A stretch of 60,966 nt of DNA, the filler included, from Sphacelaria rigidula (lineage: Eukaryota): assembly GCA_964200075.2 (NCBI GenBank). It is 5 parts of 5 records of this genome, joined end to end, with 100 filler letters (N's around TTAATTAATTAA, not from the genome) between each part and the next. Parts side by side here need not be neighbours in the genome. Positions count along the whole stretch, not along the records: positions 1 to 12,114 come from CAXNAA020004110.1; 4 more parts are not named here. One strand, 5' to 3'. The translations under genes were made by a program, and so were the position numbers. This document shows, piece by piece, positions 1-12,214 of the stretch. Within the stretch, counting starts at the first letter, position 1; every line of letters starts with the position of its first letter. The notes under the pieces were generated by a model. The model did not search any database and was not told the origin of the DNA. It saw nothing but the letters and a program-made list of their open reading frames with translations.

Positions 1-61
1 GTTTCCGGTGATGAGATATTGCTCTGCCAGGTTAAATCCATTTCTGGCCTGGCCCAGCTCG
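1..61. mobile_element. Terminus of a third copy of the TA-flanked MITE family
   Basis: ttaaatccatttctggcctggcccagctcg|TA matches the end at 41832. Confidence 0.7.
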
Positions 62-424
62 TAGAAATGATGGGTGTGGGAAGCGTCTTGTTCGTTTGAC
101 GGAAGACGAAACAGCCAACACATAACAGTGTGTAGACAGCACTGCGCGCCGACAAACACGGTTTTCCTCATTTTCTGAAAGGACAAAGGCAGCGACAGTA
201 AGGCAACTGACGCAATCCCAACGGAGCGTCTAGACCAAACCGTCTGCGCAAAGTCCGAACACACCACAGTGCAGTGACGGCTACAGCACATGAGAGAGGG
301 CGTGGGTGTGTTCGTGCTGCAGCACGGTGAAACAGCACATGTCCCATGTGATAGTTCTTCCCCTCATTTCAGACGGTTTCTCGATTTTTACCGAGTGCCG
401 ATTTTTACACGTTCGGCCATGATC

Positions 425-482
425 ACGCTTTGCGCAAAAATCTTTTATTTCACTTTGAGTTACCCCTATCTGTGGGAGGTGA
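425..482 (+). repeat. Interspersed repeat fragment shared with about 38218-38278
   Basis: cgctttgcgcaaaaatcttttatttcactttgagttacccctatctgtgggaggtga versus cgcttcgcgagaaaatatatttcttcaccttgtgttacccccatctgtgggaggtga. Confidence 0.7.
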
Positions 483-3124
483 GCAAAAAAACAAGTAGAG
501 GTCAATTGTGTATCCACTCGAGCGTCCTAGGCTAGTGTAGTACGGCATTGCTTGAGGGGAAATATTGGGGGACGTCGACAACTTTGTGAAAATTGATCAA
601 ACACGAAGCGCGGGTGGGCGCAGGTATAGGTGCTGACTTTTGGCTTTTACGTACATGGTCATGCTACGAATACGGCAATGTGCATCGTATACCGTACGAT
701 ACGCAGAGTTAAAAGCGGGAGATGAGGGAATGGCATCCTAGGAGGGCGTTGAATTGTGCAAGGGTGGGAAGGATAATGATTCGTCTTGAAAATTACTTGA
801 TTTTAGGGAAATTGATTTGCACAGTATACGAATCCATCCCTGGGCTTTTTTTCAGCGTTGCACCTCATGTAGACGCACCCCCAGGCACGCGGGATGGGGA
901 AAACTTCGCGTAGAGACTTTTTCGACTCGCAGTCAACTTTTTTTAGCCTCTCTGGAGCAACCAGGCCCCAGAAAAACGTAGATTTGGTCATTCGAACTAG
1001 CGATGATTCGCCCGACCCTTGGAATTGTGTACACTACGGCACGGTACGGCAGAGACTCTGCATCGTTTTAGCTGTGATACGCGAGAGATATCTCGCTCGG
1101 TCCATGTGCGCGATTGTTTCACGGGTGGCGTTTGGAACAAGCCATTTGTCACAGCGTTTGCGTCACATAACAAGCCCATCCCATCGTGTCACTTCAAGGC
1201 AAGAACGGCACACATTGGGGCATACACCGCGGGTACAGATGCGTGCAAAAAATATTTTCGTTGCTGTCCTTAATGTCATGATACAGTAGATTACAAACGT
1301 GGGCAGACTCCATTGATCATAAAAAGTAACCCCTGTTTTTCACGTTCACAACGTCACTATATTTCACATATTTTGTAAAAAAGATGCCAACGCCAACACG
1401 GTGATCATGTACATCGATCGCAGCTACCCCGGAATAGTGTAGTCCTTGTTTCAGAACAATATGCTAACAACAGCTTCTAACCTAACTTTAAACATATTCA
1501 ACTCTTTCATCTCAGGAGTTGGCGGTGTAACACGACAGAATTTACTGACACAAGCACAGTCTAAGTATTTTCAATCTATTTTAGGCTGGGGATGGTTATC
1601 GATCGAGAAACCTCCATGGTATAGTGACCACAAAAAATATCATGCAGTTCCCATCTGAGACCACAAAAACATAAAGGTCAGGTACCTTGCATAATTATAT
1701 AATTATCATGCCATGTATTGGTATAAGCTGTTCCCCCAGAAAAATTCTTGATATGATTGATCGGCGCACTTTCTCTTCCTGCAAAGAACCACCGTAAATG
1801 CTCATTGCCCTCTGTTCGTGCTCGAGGCGCTCTACGTTATTGCCCTGCCGACACCCCAACAATGCGTGGCACAGACACGAGATCCCTGTACGACATTACC
1901 AGCACCCACGCAGTACACCACGTAAGAAGTGAACGGTACGGTGCCGGAGCTTCAGTGGCCCTTCCGTGTGATACGGGGTATACCACCCGGGTGATATTCA
2001 GGAGATGGTGCAAAACGTACCCAGGTACAGTATTGTTGGTGCCGCTGTAGTTGAAGCACTACGAAACTATATAATGTGGGGATGTTAATCGCGGTGGGGA
2101 ATGTTGTATGATATGAAGACGATATACACCGTATATCCAGGGTAACTCACATGGTCTTCCTACACTGGCACAGTATATGACTCGTGGCTGCCAGCCTTAA
2201 TCGTGCCTTAGTAACTAACTCTACGTTGGAACGTACAGTAGTGGGTGGAGGTTCCCGGTGCGAGCATAGTACCTACTGTGCGCATATAGACCCCAGCACT
2301 GGCAGCAACAGCAACCACAGCACCGCATGACTGACCTACAAACTGACTATATTGACTGTCATACCGTAGAGTACTGCACTGTGAGACGAACTTTGAACCG
2401 ACTCACTTGGGCGGAGGCTTTGCATCCAAAATCTTGGACATGAAGGCGATTTTCTCTTCATTTGAAGACCCTTTCTGCTGCTGTCTCAGGTGCCCCTCCT
2501 TCTTGGCATTCTTTTGCATATCTTTTTTCTTTTGCGAGATTTGTCTGGTGCCGAATGCCCTTCTTTGTCCATCACACGCCGCCACACCGCTGCTCCCTCC
2601 GTCGCCCAGTGTCTCGCGATCGATATCATGGCCATGTGGCCGATGGTGTAAGACGGTTGGTGCGATGCTGCCGATTCTCCTACTGACATCTGTAGTAGAT
2701 CTGAGAGAGCGTAGCAAGCATGCCATACTCAAGTTAGAAGCAGTAACTCGCAACATGACTCCCAAGCAGTGGCAGCTGTTGTGAACAAAGGATCGCTTGG
2801 TCGTGATGGACAAGACGGCGGTACCGAACACATCAACCTGCGACTGTCTGCGCAGACCCGCAATTCATCGAACATGAAGTCGGAACAAAGGGGGAAGAAG
2901 AACTTTATCGAACTCATTTGAGCGCCATGAGACTTAAAAACAGAGATCTATGAGAATTGATCCTTGTGCAGAATCAATAATTATAGGTGCATATTCAGAG
3001 TCATGTGATCGTGCCCTACAAGGGGTTTATACATTCATCCGCTGGAAAATGGCACACTTGGGGGTACACCGGCGTTGCACCTCACCTGGTACAGCACCAT
3101 TACGGTGTAGCTCATATACCTGAG

Positions 3125-6100
3125 ATGGCGTTCATCTCGACGCCAACAACGACGAAAACAACAGAAGCAGTAACGCCACTACGCATTTTTCGTTATCACG
3201 GTGCTTCGTGGGCAGCATCAAAAGTCAGACCGGCAGCGGATCATCATGATCACATCAGTAATAATAGCTGTGGCGACAGACGACACGCCAGATGGTTGCA
3301 TAGCAGCGACTCATGTTCCTATGGCGCAGGCAGCAGCATCCAGGAGGATGCTGATTCAGACCTACAGCCTTTACTACCAATCAAGCTTGCACGAAAGCAG
3401 GCGAGCCTCACAGGAGATGGCGATGCCGTCGCCGTCGTCGCCACTGCAGTAAAAGCGCAGCCGCATAGTACCATAGGACAAGTTGAAGAACAGAAAATGC
3501 CTGCTCATGTTGGAGTTGCAGCGGCCGATACGGTCGGTGGGGATGCCGGGATACAGTATGATGAGCAACGCAGAATCGCGGAGCAAGGAGCGGAGAAAGA
3601 TAGTTGGGGAAGTGTTGACTGTGCGAAGGCGTCGTCGCCATCGGTTAGCTTTCGGCACGAAAACAAGCAGACGGATGTACGCAGTGACGGGACCGACAAC
3701 GAATGCCCCACCAGGCTGGTAGTGAAGCCCAGTACTCGGCACTCCTACGAGTTTGTCAAGGCAGTCAAGTCGTTGCAAAGTATGGATGGAGATGGGGGCA
3801 GGGGTGGCAGCAAATGGCGTCAGGTGCTAATGCTGCTTGATAAGGCGGAGCGCGACGAAGATAATTACCCAGCACGGCCGGTAACCTCCCACATGTACAG
3901 CTGCTGCGTGACCTACATGGCCAAGTGTCACCGTTGGAAAGATGCCTTGGGAATACTAGCACGGATACAGAGCAGAGGCGGGATGCCCGACATATTTTCT
4001 CTCAACGCGGCAATCGACGCCTGTGCTACCACACGGCAGTGGCGTACGGCGCTAGAGTTGTTGGAGAGGGCCAAGCAGGAGGGGTGGCAGGTAAAATTCC
4101 TCAGCAACTGAACGGGGAGGAGTATATAATGGTCACCTATGTTTCCAAAGATCTTTGATCGGTGCACTTGACACGCTTTTTCAGCAGGGCTCAGGCAGAT
4201 TTAGAAGTGTCCGCCAATCTGTGATTTGCTGTTATTGGTTCAATTTCACACCCTGGACAAAGATTAATCAAAAGGTGTACTGCGTACTGTATCGACTGGT
4301 GCGCCTATTGCGTTAGACACTAGATTTTATACTGTGCGCAGCATACTTTTTGACGATGTAGTCCCGGTGTCCAAGGTGTATTTGATTTTACAAGTTGAGT
4401 CCACGAAGGCGAAAGTCCTTCGACCGACTCGTCTAATTGGGAGGGGAGAAAGCGCAGCCAAACTTTTCGGGGCCGTCTTCCGAAGGTCTCACAAAAAATA
4501 GTTTTTTTCCGAACATCGTGACTCCTCACTGATTTTGCCACTCAAAAGCCCAGGTTCATACCCCTCAACTATTTTCAATGAAACCCTCCAGTAGCGGCTT
4601 TCGGTGTTTCTCGTGTGCATCTATCCCGGAAACTGCGGTACTGACTCTTCGAAACGGTGTTAGACGAACCGCTTCTGTACAATTGTTACGCGTATACGAA
4701 TACCACATCAATAGTAAAATCTAGGTGTTCTTTGACTTGCTGTATTGTCATACAGCGTGACTTTCGAAAGAGAAAGAGAAAGAGTTTGCTGGCAGCCCCT
4801 TGAGTGTCGTTAGGCAGTTTTAAACGCTGCAACGACCCTGACGGCCCAGCAGTATTTGCGGCTTACCCCGGGGTACTCATCGCGCTGCAGGAATTCTCAC
4901 TTGCGTGAATTTTGCGCAGCGGTTCATGATGTTTGCGCTGTCGAAGGTTTTGGCGTCCCTTCATAGGCCCAGCCTGTCGAGATCATCTGCGCGTCCGAGT
5001 ATTTTTCCGTGCTTCGTGTACCCACTAGCTCAGTATAAGAATCTTAATAACACGATATGCTGAGCAAGGGCATACCTAGTACCCGGGAACGCTACCCTGT
5101 CATTTCCGGTGTTACTTGAGAATGTCCAGTCTTCCGGCAGCGTCGACGTACGAGGTACAGCGATACAGCAAGATGAGAGATAAGTGAGCCCGATAAGTAT
5201 TCGGGGAGAGAGGGACAAGACAACGCTTTTGGTCTCGTTATTCGGTGGACACCTTTGGATAACGACTGCTTTACTTGTTTCCCCAAGCCCTTGTTATGCT
5301 CGACATCGCAACCGTTGAACTACCAACCACGCTGAGCGCTGCATGCCTTGCAACTCTTGCGCGACATGTTTGACACGAGAACGTGAGTAACCTATTCAAC
5401 ATGTTGAACTCTGGGAGACGCGAATACCCACCCTATATTTGTTGAACCCATGACTCAGGTGAACACGATCAGCTACAACACAGCGATGCGCGCGTGCGGA
5501 AACTGCAAAGAGTGGCGGCGGGCGGTGGACCTCTTAAAGCAAATGAAGGCGGCGAGACTCCAACCGGATTCGCAGAGTTACGCCGCAGCCATTTCCGCGT
5601 GCGGTAAAGTTGGGCGTTGGAAAAAGGCTGGCGCTCTTTTGCAAGAGATGCCTGCCGCGGGGGTTCGTCGCACGGTGGACTGTTATACCGCGGCCATATC
5701 AGCGTGCAAATCCGGCGGAAAGTGGGAGCGCGCAATTTCCCTTTTGAGGGAAATGACGCACACGCCAGAGGGTGGTGGCGCTGGACTCTCGGCGGACGTG
5801 GTCAGCTACAATAGTGTCATATCGGTTTGTGGAAAAGGGGGTAAGTGGGAGCTGGCCTTGAGTTTGCTGGAGGAGATGCGGCAGGTACCAGGCATTTTTC
5901 CGGATTTGACGACGTACAACTCGGTGATCACGGCGTGCGGGACCGGCCGACAGTGTCGAAGGGCCCTGCATGTGTTGAGGGATATGGAAAAACAAGGCGT
6001 TCGGCCTGACAGGATAAGCTACAATGCCGCTATCGCGGCGTGTGGTGACGCCGGCCAGTGGCAACAAGCGTTGAGCCTCCTGGATGAGATGCCCCAGGTT

Positions 6101-9100
6101 GGCATCGCGCGTGATGTTGTCAGCTACGCCTCGGCAATCAGCGCCTGTGGGACAGCACGCCAATGGCAAAGTGCGATCGGAGTTTTACGGGACATGGGCA
6201 ACTCGGGGGGCGTGAAACCAACCCTTGCATGCTATAACGCGGCAATTTGTGCGTGCCAAAACGGTGACCAATGGGAGCAGGCGCTGGGGCTCCTGAACGA
6301 GATGCCAGCGCTGGGCATCGCTCCGGATATGACTAGCTACCGCAAGACCATGCTTGCTTGTGGCAAGGGGCGACAGTGGCACATGGTCGTGACATTGCTG
6401 CGGAGCATGCAAAAGTCGGGTGTCGAACCCAGCACTTCCACGTACAATGTCGCCATTGCAGCCTGCGCGACATGCGGCAAGTCTGAGCACGCTCTGAAGA
6501 TCTTGAGGGAGATGCAAACCGGGGGAGTTGGAGTCAAAGCACCGAACACCGTCAGCTACAACTCTGCGATCACGGCGTGCGCCAACGATCAGAACTGGGA
6601 ACAGGCCATGTCTCTCCTGAAGGAGATGAGGGTGCGTCGTTCAATGATCGGGGGGGCTAGATGGGACCGGGGAGATGTGATACAAGTGCAATTTCCAGAG
6701 GGGTTACTTCCTCTTCACCCCCGGGCTACGAGGGGGAACAATCGTGCTTTCCCTCTCTGGAGAACCGCTGGTCTTGCTCATCCTTTGTAAGAATAAAAAA
6801 TAAGGCACATCGCCGCTACCGTGTTGTCGGAAACCCTGAGCTTTTGATGCGCAACATGAGGATGTGCATCCACACGGCGTGGTTTCCTGCGTGCTGATTT
6901 TCGCAGGCAATGAATGCTCTCAAGAAGTGGTCCCCATGTTTTGTTCCCCGCGTCCCTGCATGACTCTGTACGTGTCGTTGAAACTCCTCAGATCGCTGGT
7001 GTTCCCGCGAACGTCATCACGTACGCCTCCGCTATCACCGCATGCGCGAGAAACGCGGAGTGGGTTCATGCCATTGTGATTTTGAGAGATATGAAGACGG
7101 CGGGTGTCAGTCCGAACACATATAGCTACTGCGCGGCGATCAAAGCTTGCGGGGCCGGGGGACAGGCCTCGCAGGCACTGGCTCTTCTGAACGAGATGCC
7201 TTCGAAGGGCATCAAGCCGAACTCCGTTTGTTACAACACGGCCATCGCAGCGTGCGCCAGGTAGGTGTTACAGGGTTCAACCGCAGGGCGGAAGAGGGGG
7301 GGGGGGCGCACTCACTACATTGCAGGCTGTAGTCATATGGTCATTGACCGCGCATCCCTACAAAGCCGGGACGGACCCGACTGGGTTTTCGCCGGACCAG
7401 GCCCAAGCGCGAAGCGCCGTGATGTGTTCGGCGAGTCGCATGGAGGGTGAGCTGCATCCTGCCAAGATTGTTCGGCCCGAACATTTATCTTGCATATGGA
7501 CAAGAGACTACAATGAGTTGCTTCATTTTCTGGCATCGCTAATTCAAGAGAGAGCCACGGGTTACACACTACTTTAGGGGTGTGTCATCATGTAAACGCT
7601 ACGTAGTGCGACCAGCCCCTTTGTGCGAAGTTGAAGTTGTCCCACCCCGCATAATATGATCTAGCTTTAACACCATCACATTGACCGCAAGAAAAACGCG
7701 CGCAAAAAAACTCGGTAGCCTGGTTGCCTAGCTTACGCAGTGACTGGCGTGTTATAAAGCGTCGTGGTCAACTGACGTCAACCCCCGGTAGGGGAGGAGG
7801 GAGGGGGGTGTGTTTACCCACTGGTCTTGAAACAAGGGCAACCCGAAAGTGATTCTGTCTAGTATCTGCCGTATTAACCCGAAGACAATCTAGCAACATT
7901 GTACTACATGACAGAACAGGAACAAAAGACAGGCGCTTCTCATGTTCCTGGGGGAAAAGGGGAAATAAGTCTATTGCAATGTTGCTCGTCGTAGAAGTGA
8001 CGTCTTGCCTCTGTGATATTTCCTCTCGCAATGGTTCAAATGATCCAGGTGCGGAGAGTCCCAACAGGCGTTGAATATTTTACGGGGAATGAAGACAGCT
8101 GGTGTTAAACCGGATACTTTTAGTTACAACTCAGCCATCGCAGCGTGCCGACGAACCAGCAACTGGGAGCGCGCAAAGATGCTCTTGAAAGAAATGTGGA
8201 CTGTAGGCATTACCCCGGACGTGATCAGCTACACAGCGGCGATAACTGCGTGCATGCATAAGTGGGAGCAAGCCGTATCTCTCCTGCGAGAGATGTCCGT
8301 GCGGGGGATCCAACCCAACTACCGTACCTATCACTGCGTGATCGAGGCATGCGGCCGGGGAGATCAGTGGAGACAAGCCGTGGCACTACTGCGGGAAATG
8401 CCAGGTGCCGGAGTGCCCCCCAATTCAGAAACATACACCGCGGCAATCGCCGCGTGCGGGCACAGCGAGAGGTGGGGAGAAGCGGCCACACTGTTTCGTG
8501 AGATGCCGAGGTCGGGCATCGCTCCAACCGCGAATACCTACACGGCGGTGATTACCGCCTGCGCGCGAAGCGGTCGGGCCGACCAAGCGGTGGTAATTCT
8601 GAAGGGCATGTATGCAGCGGGGTTCGACCCCAGCACCCATAATTACAACGCAGCCATCACGGCCTGTGCCAACGCTGACACGTGGGAGCAAGCGGTCGGC
8701 CTCTTACGGGAGATGCCGGAGCGCGGCGTTGCGGCCGACCAGTACAGCTACAGTGGAGCAATCTCTGCATGCGCCAGGGCAGGGCAGCGGCGGTGTGCAC
8801 TGGAGCTGCTGGAGGAGATGCCAAGCCGGGGGTTAACCCCGAACGACTTCTGCTTCAACGCGGCTATCACGGCGTGCAGAAACGACGGAGCGTGGCGGCA
8901 GGCCGTGGACCTGTTGAAGACAATGCGACTGACGAGGGGCGCTAGACCAGACTCTGTGAGCTACCACGCGGCCATCAGCGCATGCGGAGATGCGGGACAG
9001 TGGGAAAAGGCGGTGTCTCTTTTTCAGGAGATGCGCGGGTTTGGGGTTCATCCTGGCATCGGGGTGTACAATGCGGTCATCAAGGCGTGTGAGATGTTTC

Positions 9101-9588
9101 CGGCTGAAGAGAGGGCTGTAGCTACGGCTGAGGAGATGAGGAAGCTTCGCCGGACTGCAAAGGCCAGGAATGGCGGGGTTATGAGGTCCCGACGCCAAGC
9201 AGTCCCAGGTGGTGGATTTTTTGGTGAAGTTGACGGCAATGGTCCTTCACAATGCGCTGATGGCTCCCAAACAGTGGGTGAGGGCTCGTCGGTAAAACTC
9301 CGTGGCGGCCCTACAAAAGATTTGGGGGGGGGATCGATAGAATTTGCGGAGGATTCGGGCGTATTCGTTGATAATGGTTTGGAAAAGGAAGTCGACGCCG
9401 CTGTTCCGAGAAGAGGTACCGGAACCGATGACGAGGAGCAGGGCAGAGGACGGGTAGCTAACGCTCCGAACCCGCGGCTATCCACCGGAGCAACGGCGGA
9501 GACTGAGACGGCAAAAGCCTCCTCCAGCGGAACAGGCGTGTCGTCTTTCCCGGAGGGGGGGCGGGCGGTCGTTCAGGGGGCACCGTAA
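3125..9588 (+). CDS. P-class pentatricopeptide repeat (PPR) protein, about 25-26 motifs, about 1315 aa. Exons 3125-4090, 5459-6631, 6992-7260, 8049-9588
   Basis: Tandem 35-aa motifs (e.g. DVVSYNSVISVCGKGGKWELALSLLEEMRQVPGIFP). All three GT-AG introns keep the frame (phases 0, 0, 2) and join PPR motifs seamlessly (GWQ|VNTISYN, EMR|IAGVPAN, CAR|CGESQQAL). Total 3948 nt. The start codon is uncertain: MAFISTP resembles the residues just after a signal-peptide cleavage site, so an upstream exon may exist. Confidence 0.93.
7296..7742 (+). repeat. Poly-G-headed interspersed repeat, long form (family A), in PPR intron 3
   Basis: Colinear with 11300-11727 from cgcatccctac...agggtgagctgcatcct...tcaagagagagccacg to the shared end tggttgcctagcttacgcagtg. 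Confidence 0.85.
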
Positions 9589-9947
9589 TAGTCATTGCCT
9601 GGGGAGGGGGGCGATTCGCCTAGTAAGTACGAGTCTTGTATGTATCAAGCAACGCTAGCACTGTGGTGCACCGAGCATTGACGATACTGAGGAGTAGATG
9701 TTTTAAGTTCCAGCGATGCACGGTTTCCTACTCCCGAGCTTGTGCCGATACCCTTCCCTCCTCCTATTTTCTTCCCTTCTGTTTTTTTTGTTTTTTAATC
9801 TCTCGTTTCTATTCCGTTTGCTTCGTTTCTTCTCATCTCTTTTGTCTCCATCTTCTCCCTTTCTCGATTTTCCTTCGACAAGTGTTTCCTTCTCAAATAC
9901 CTTAGGTACGTCTATCTCGTGGATGATGACTACAACTGGTTAATTAT

Positions 9948-10155
9948 TAGAGAGTTTCGGAAAACGCTTTTTTGTTATTTCTGATTGCAAATATCTCAGG
10001 ATCAGAATGTAGCGAAAAAAATGTTTTCCCCTCCGTCAAATGTGGTATCTGTCCCCCTTAACTTTTTTCGACGAGGTTTTTTATTCCATTCCGCATTGTG
10101 ATTCTGAGATATTTGCACTCAGGATCAACAAAAAAGCGTTTGCCGAAACTCTCTA
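9948..10155. mobile_element. MITE of about 208 bp; second copy in opposite orientation at 22329-22534
   Basis: tagagagtttcggaaaacgcttttt ... aaaaagcgtttgccgaaactctcta, flanked by ttat on both sides. Shares the internal atatctcaggatcag with the contig 2 copy. Confidence 0.75.
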
Positions 10156-10710
10156 TTATGAACCCTAGGATATACGTCAATGTGCCACCTTCAATCCATC
10201 GGTTATTACCCAATCAATGGCATGTTAATTCCCTTTGCCCTTTTTGTTCGTGTCTCGTCCGTTTTTTCATACAGGAATGGGTGACGTCATGTAAATCAGC
10301 TGTGAGCAGGACGATGAAGCGCGAGAATTGGAGATTGAAAAAAAACAAGAAAAACAAAACAAGAGCAGACAGATACACCAGATATATCCCAGTGTTGAAA
10401 AGCAATCTGTTTCGATTTCTGGGTGAGTGAATGTGAAGAAATATAGACTTTTCAATTGCAGAGGCAGCGTATGCGCTGGGGTTCCCGTGTTCATCGTGTC
10501 TTCGCTGTTAGAACCATAGACCATACGCCCTCGAAAGAGCCGACCGTTTTCGTGAAGATGTTCGAATATAGGGCACACCAGTGATCAGACAGATGAATGT
10601 TCCTCCCTATTCTGAGAGTGGTCGCTCCTTCCCATTTTGAGGAAGAAGGCCGTTGTCAATGTTATTCGATATCCAAGAATGCAATGCCTTGCCGCGGAGA
10701 GGAGGGCCAC

Positions 10711-10801
10711 GGGGGGGACGTACTCATTTGTTGCTTGCCTAGGTCGTTCGACCATTGACCACGCATCCCTCTCGAGACGGAGCAGGGGGGGGGAGGGGGG
10801 G
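10711..10801 (+). repeat. Poly-G-headed repeat, short form of about 65-70 bp (family B); further copies at 11790-11868, 48893-48985 and 49474-49568
   Basis: (G)n-tactcatttgttgcttgcct(t)agtcgtt(c/t)gaccattgaccacgcatccct..cgagacggagca occurs in four places on two contigs. Confidence 0.85.
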
Positions 10802-11110
10802 ATTACCGTATCGTTTTGGTGTTTAAAATGAATCTACTGGGCTGTTCAGACGAAACGAGTTATCTTGAGAGTACTTTCTCAAGAGGAAAAGCTTCGTGTC
10901 TTCCGAGATACAAAGTGTTGCACTTGTGAGTCAACTTGTTCATATATTGGGATGACACTTGGCTTTTTTTGAGCCAGAAAGTTGAAAGCTCACACGGCGC
11001 GCGTTCTGCTATTTCCACGAGTAGATGGTGGATGCATGTCCTGTACACTTAATTGTTCCCGTTTTTTTGTTGAAATTCGGCTGAGATTTGGGGGGAGGGC
11101 GGGGGAGGAC

Positions 11111-11727
11111 GGGGGAGGGGGGGGTGTACTCGTGATCATGCATGCCATAGTCATACGACCATTGAGGGGGGGGGGGGGGGGGGGCGGATCTTGCATGCCG
11201 AAGGGGTGTGGCCATTTTCCNNNNNNNNNTTGGGTTTGCGATAGACATTTGTTGAGGGGTTGTGTGTTGCGCAGGGTTGCGGGACTGTGTGGGGGGGGGT
11301 CGGCGGGGGTCATGATCTTGCATGCCGTAGGCATGTGGCCATTTTCCTCGCATCCCTACACAGCCGGGACAAAGCACGCTAGGTTTACGCCGGATCAGAC
11401 TCGCAATCAATTACAAAGCGCGAGGCGCCGTGATGTGTTGAGTCGGATAAAGGGTGAGCTGCATCCTCTCAAGATTGTTCGGCTTGAAGCGCACTGAATT
11501 TGTTGCATGGGGATGGCGGCCTCCGATGAGTTTTTACATTTTCTGATACCGCCTTTCAAGAGAGAGCCACGAGTTACACACTGCGTAGTGCAATCCTCCC
11601 CATTGCGCGGAGTTGAGGTTCTCCCACCCCGCACTATATGACCTGGCTCGACCACCATCGTGGTTGCCGCAATACAAACGCAAGCGGACAAAAAAAGAGC
11701 TGAGCTGGTTGCCTAGCTTACGCAGTG
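11111..11727 (+). repeat. Poly-G-headed repeat, long form (family A); head region poorly assembled and duplicated
   Basis: (G)n-tgtactcgtgatcatgcatgccatagtcat... with the same 3' end as the 7742 copy. Confidence 0.85.
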
Positions 11728-12114
11728 CGTTGTGTGTTTTCTAGCGACGTTGCCAACCGATGCCAACCCCATGGGCGGGTAGGGAGGGTGAGGTGGGGAG
11801 CGTATTCATTTGTCTCTTGCCGTAGTCATTTGACCATTGACCACGCATCCCTTTCGGGACGGAGCGAACAGTTAGCTGTTGCCGCTTTAATTGAAACTTG
11901 GGGAGATTTAGAGGGGGGGGGGGGGGAGGGGTGAAAGTCGATACTCTGCTGGGCACGAGTAAGATGTCTTGAAGAGATGTGCATAGAGAGTGACTAACGG
12001 AGCGTACACTTTGTTGTTGCCTACTCCAATTGAAATGTGGGTGAGGTTTTGGGGGCGAGGGTGGGGGGGGGGGGGGGGGTTGCTGTTTATGGGGGGGCGT
12101 GGGGGGGGGGGGGG

Positions 12115-12214
12115 NNNNNNNNNNNNNNNNNNNNNNNNNNNNNNNNNNNNNNNNNNNNTTAATTAATTAANNNNNNNNNNNNNNNNNNNNNNNNNNNNNN
12201 NNNNNNNNNNNNNN
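12115..12214. other. Artificial contig spacer
   Basis: 44 N + TTAATTAATTAA (stops in all six frames) + 44 N. Confidence 0.98.

Noticed and set aside
2407-2784. Upstream signal-peptide exon for the PPR gene (MLPILLLTS...)
   Set aside because: Possible, but only weak donor sites are present; not supportable without transcripts.
7320-7345. Resemblance of the poly-G repeat head (tgatcatgc..gtagtcatatg) to the 5' end of 18S rRNA
   Set aside because: The match is about 11-20 nt and does not extend; compatible with chance.
5469-9485. Many antisense and alternative-frame ORFs over the PPR exons
   Set aside because: Shadow ORFs of GC-rich coding sequence with no motifs.
12159-12170. TTAATTAATTAA as a biological motif or piggyBac target site
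   Set aside because: It sits in the middle of N-runs four times identically; it is an assembly linker.
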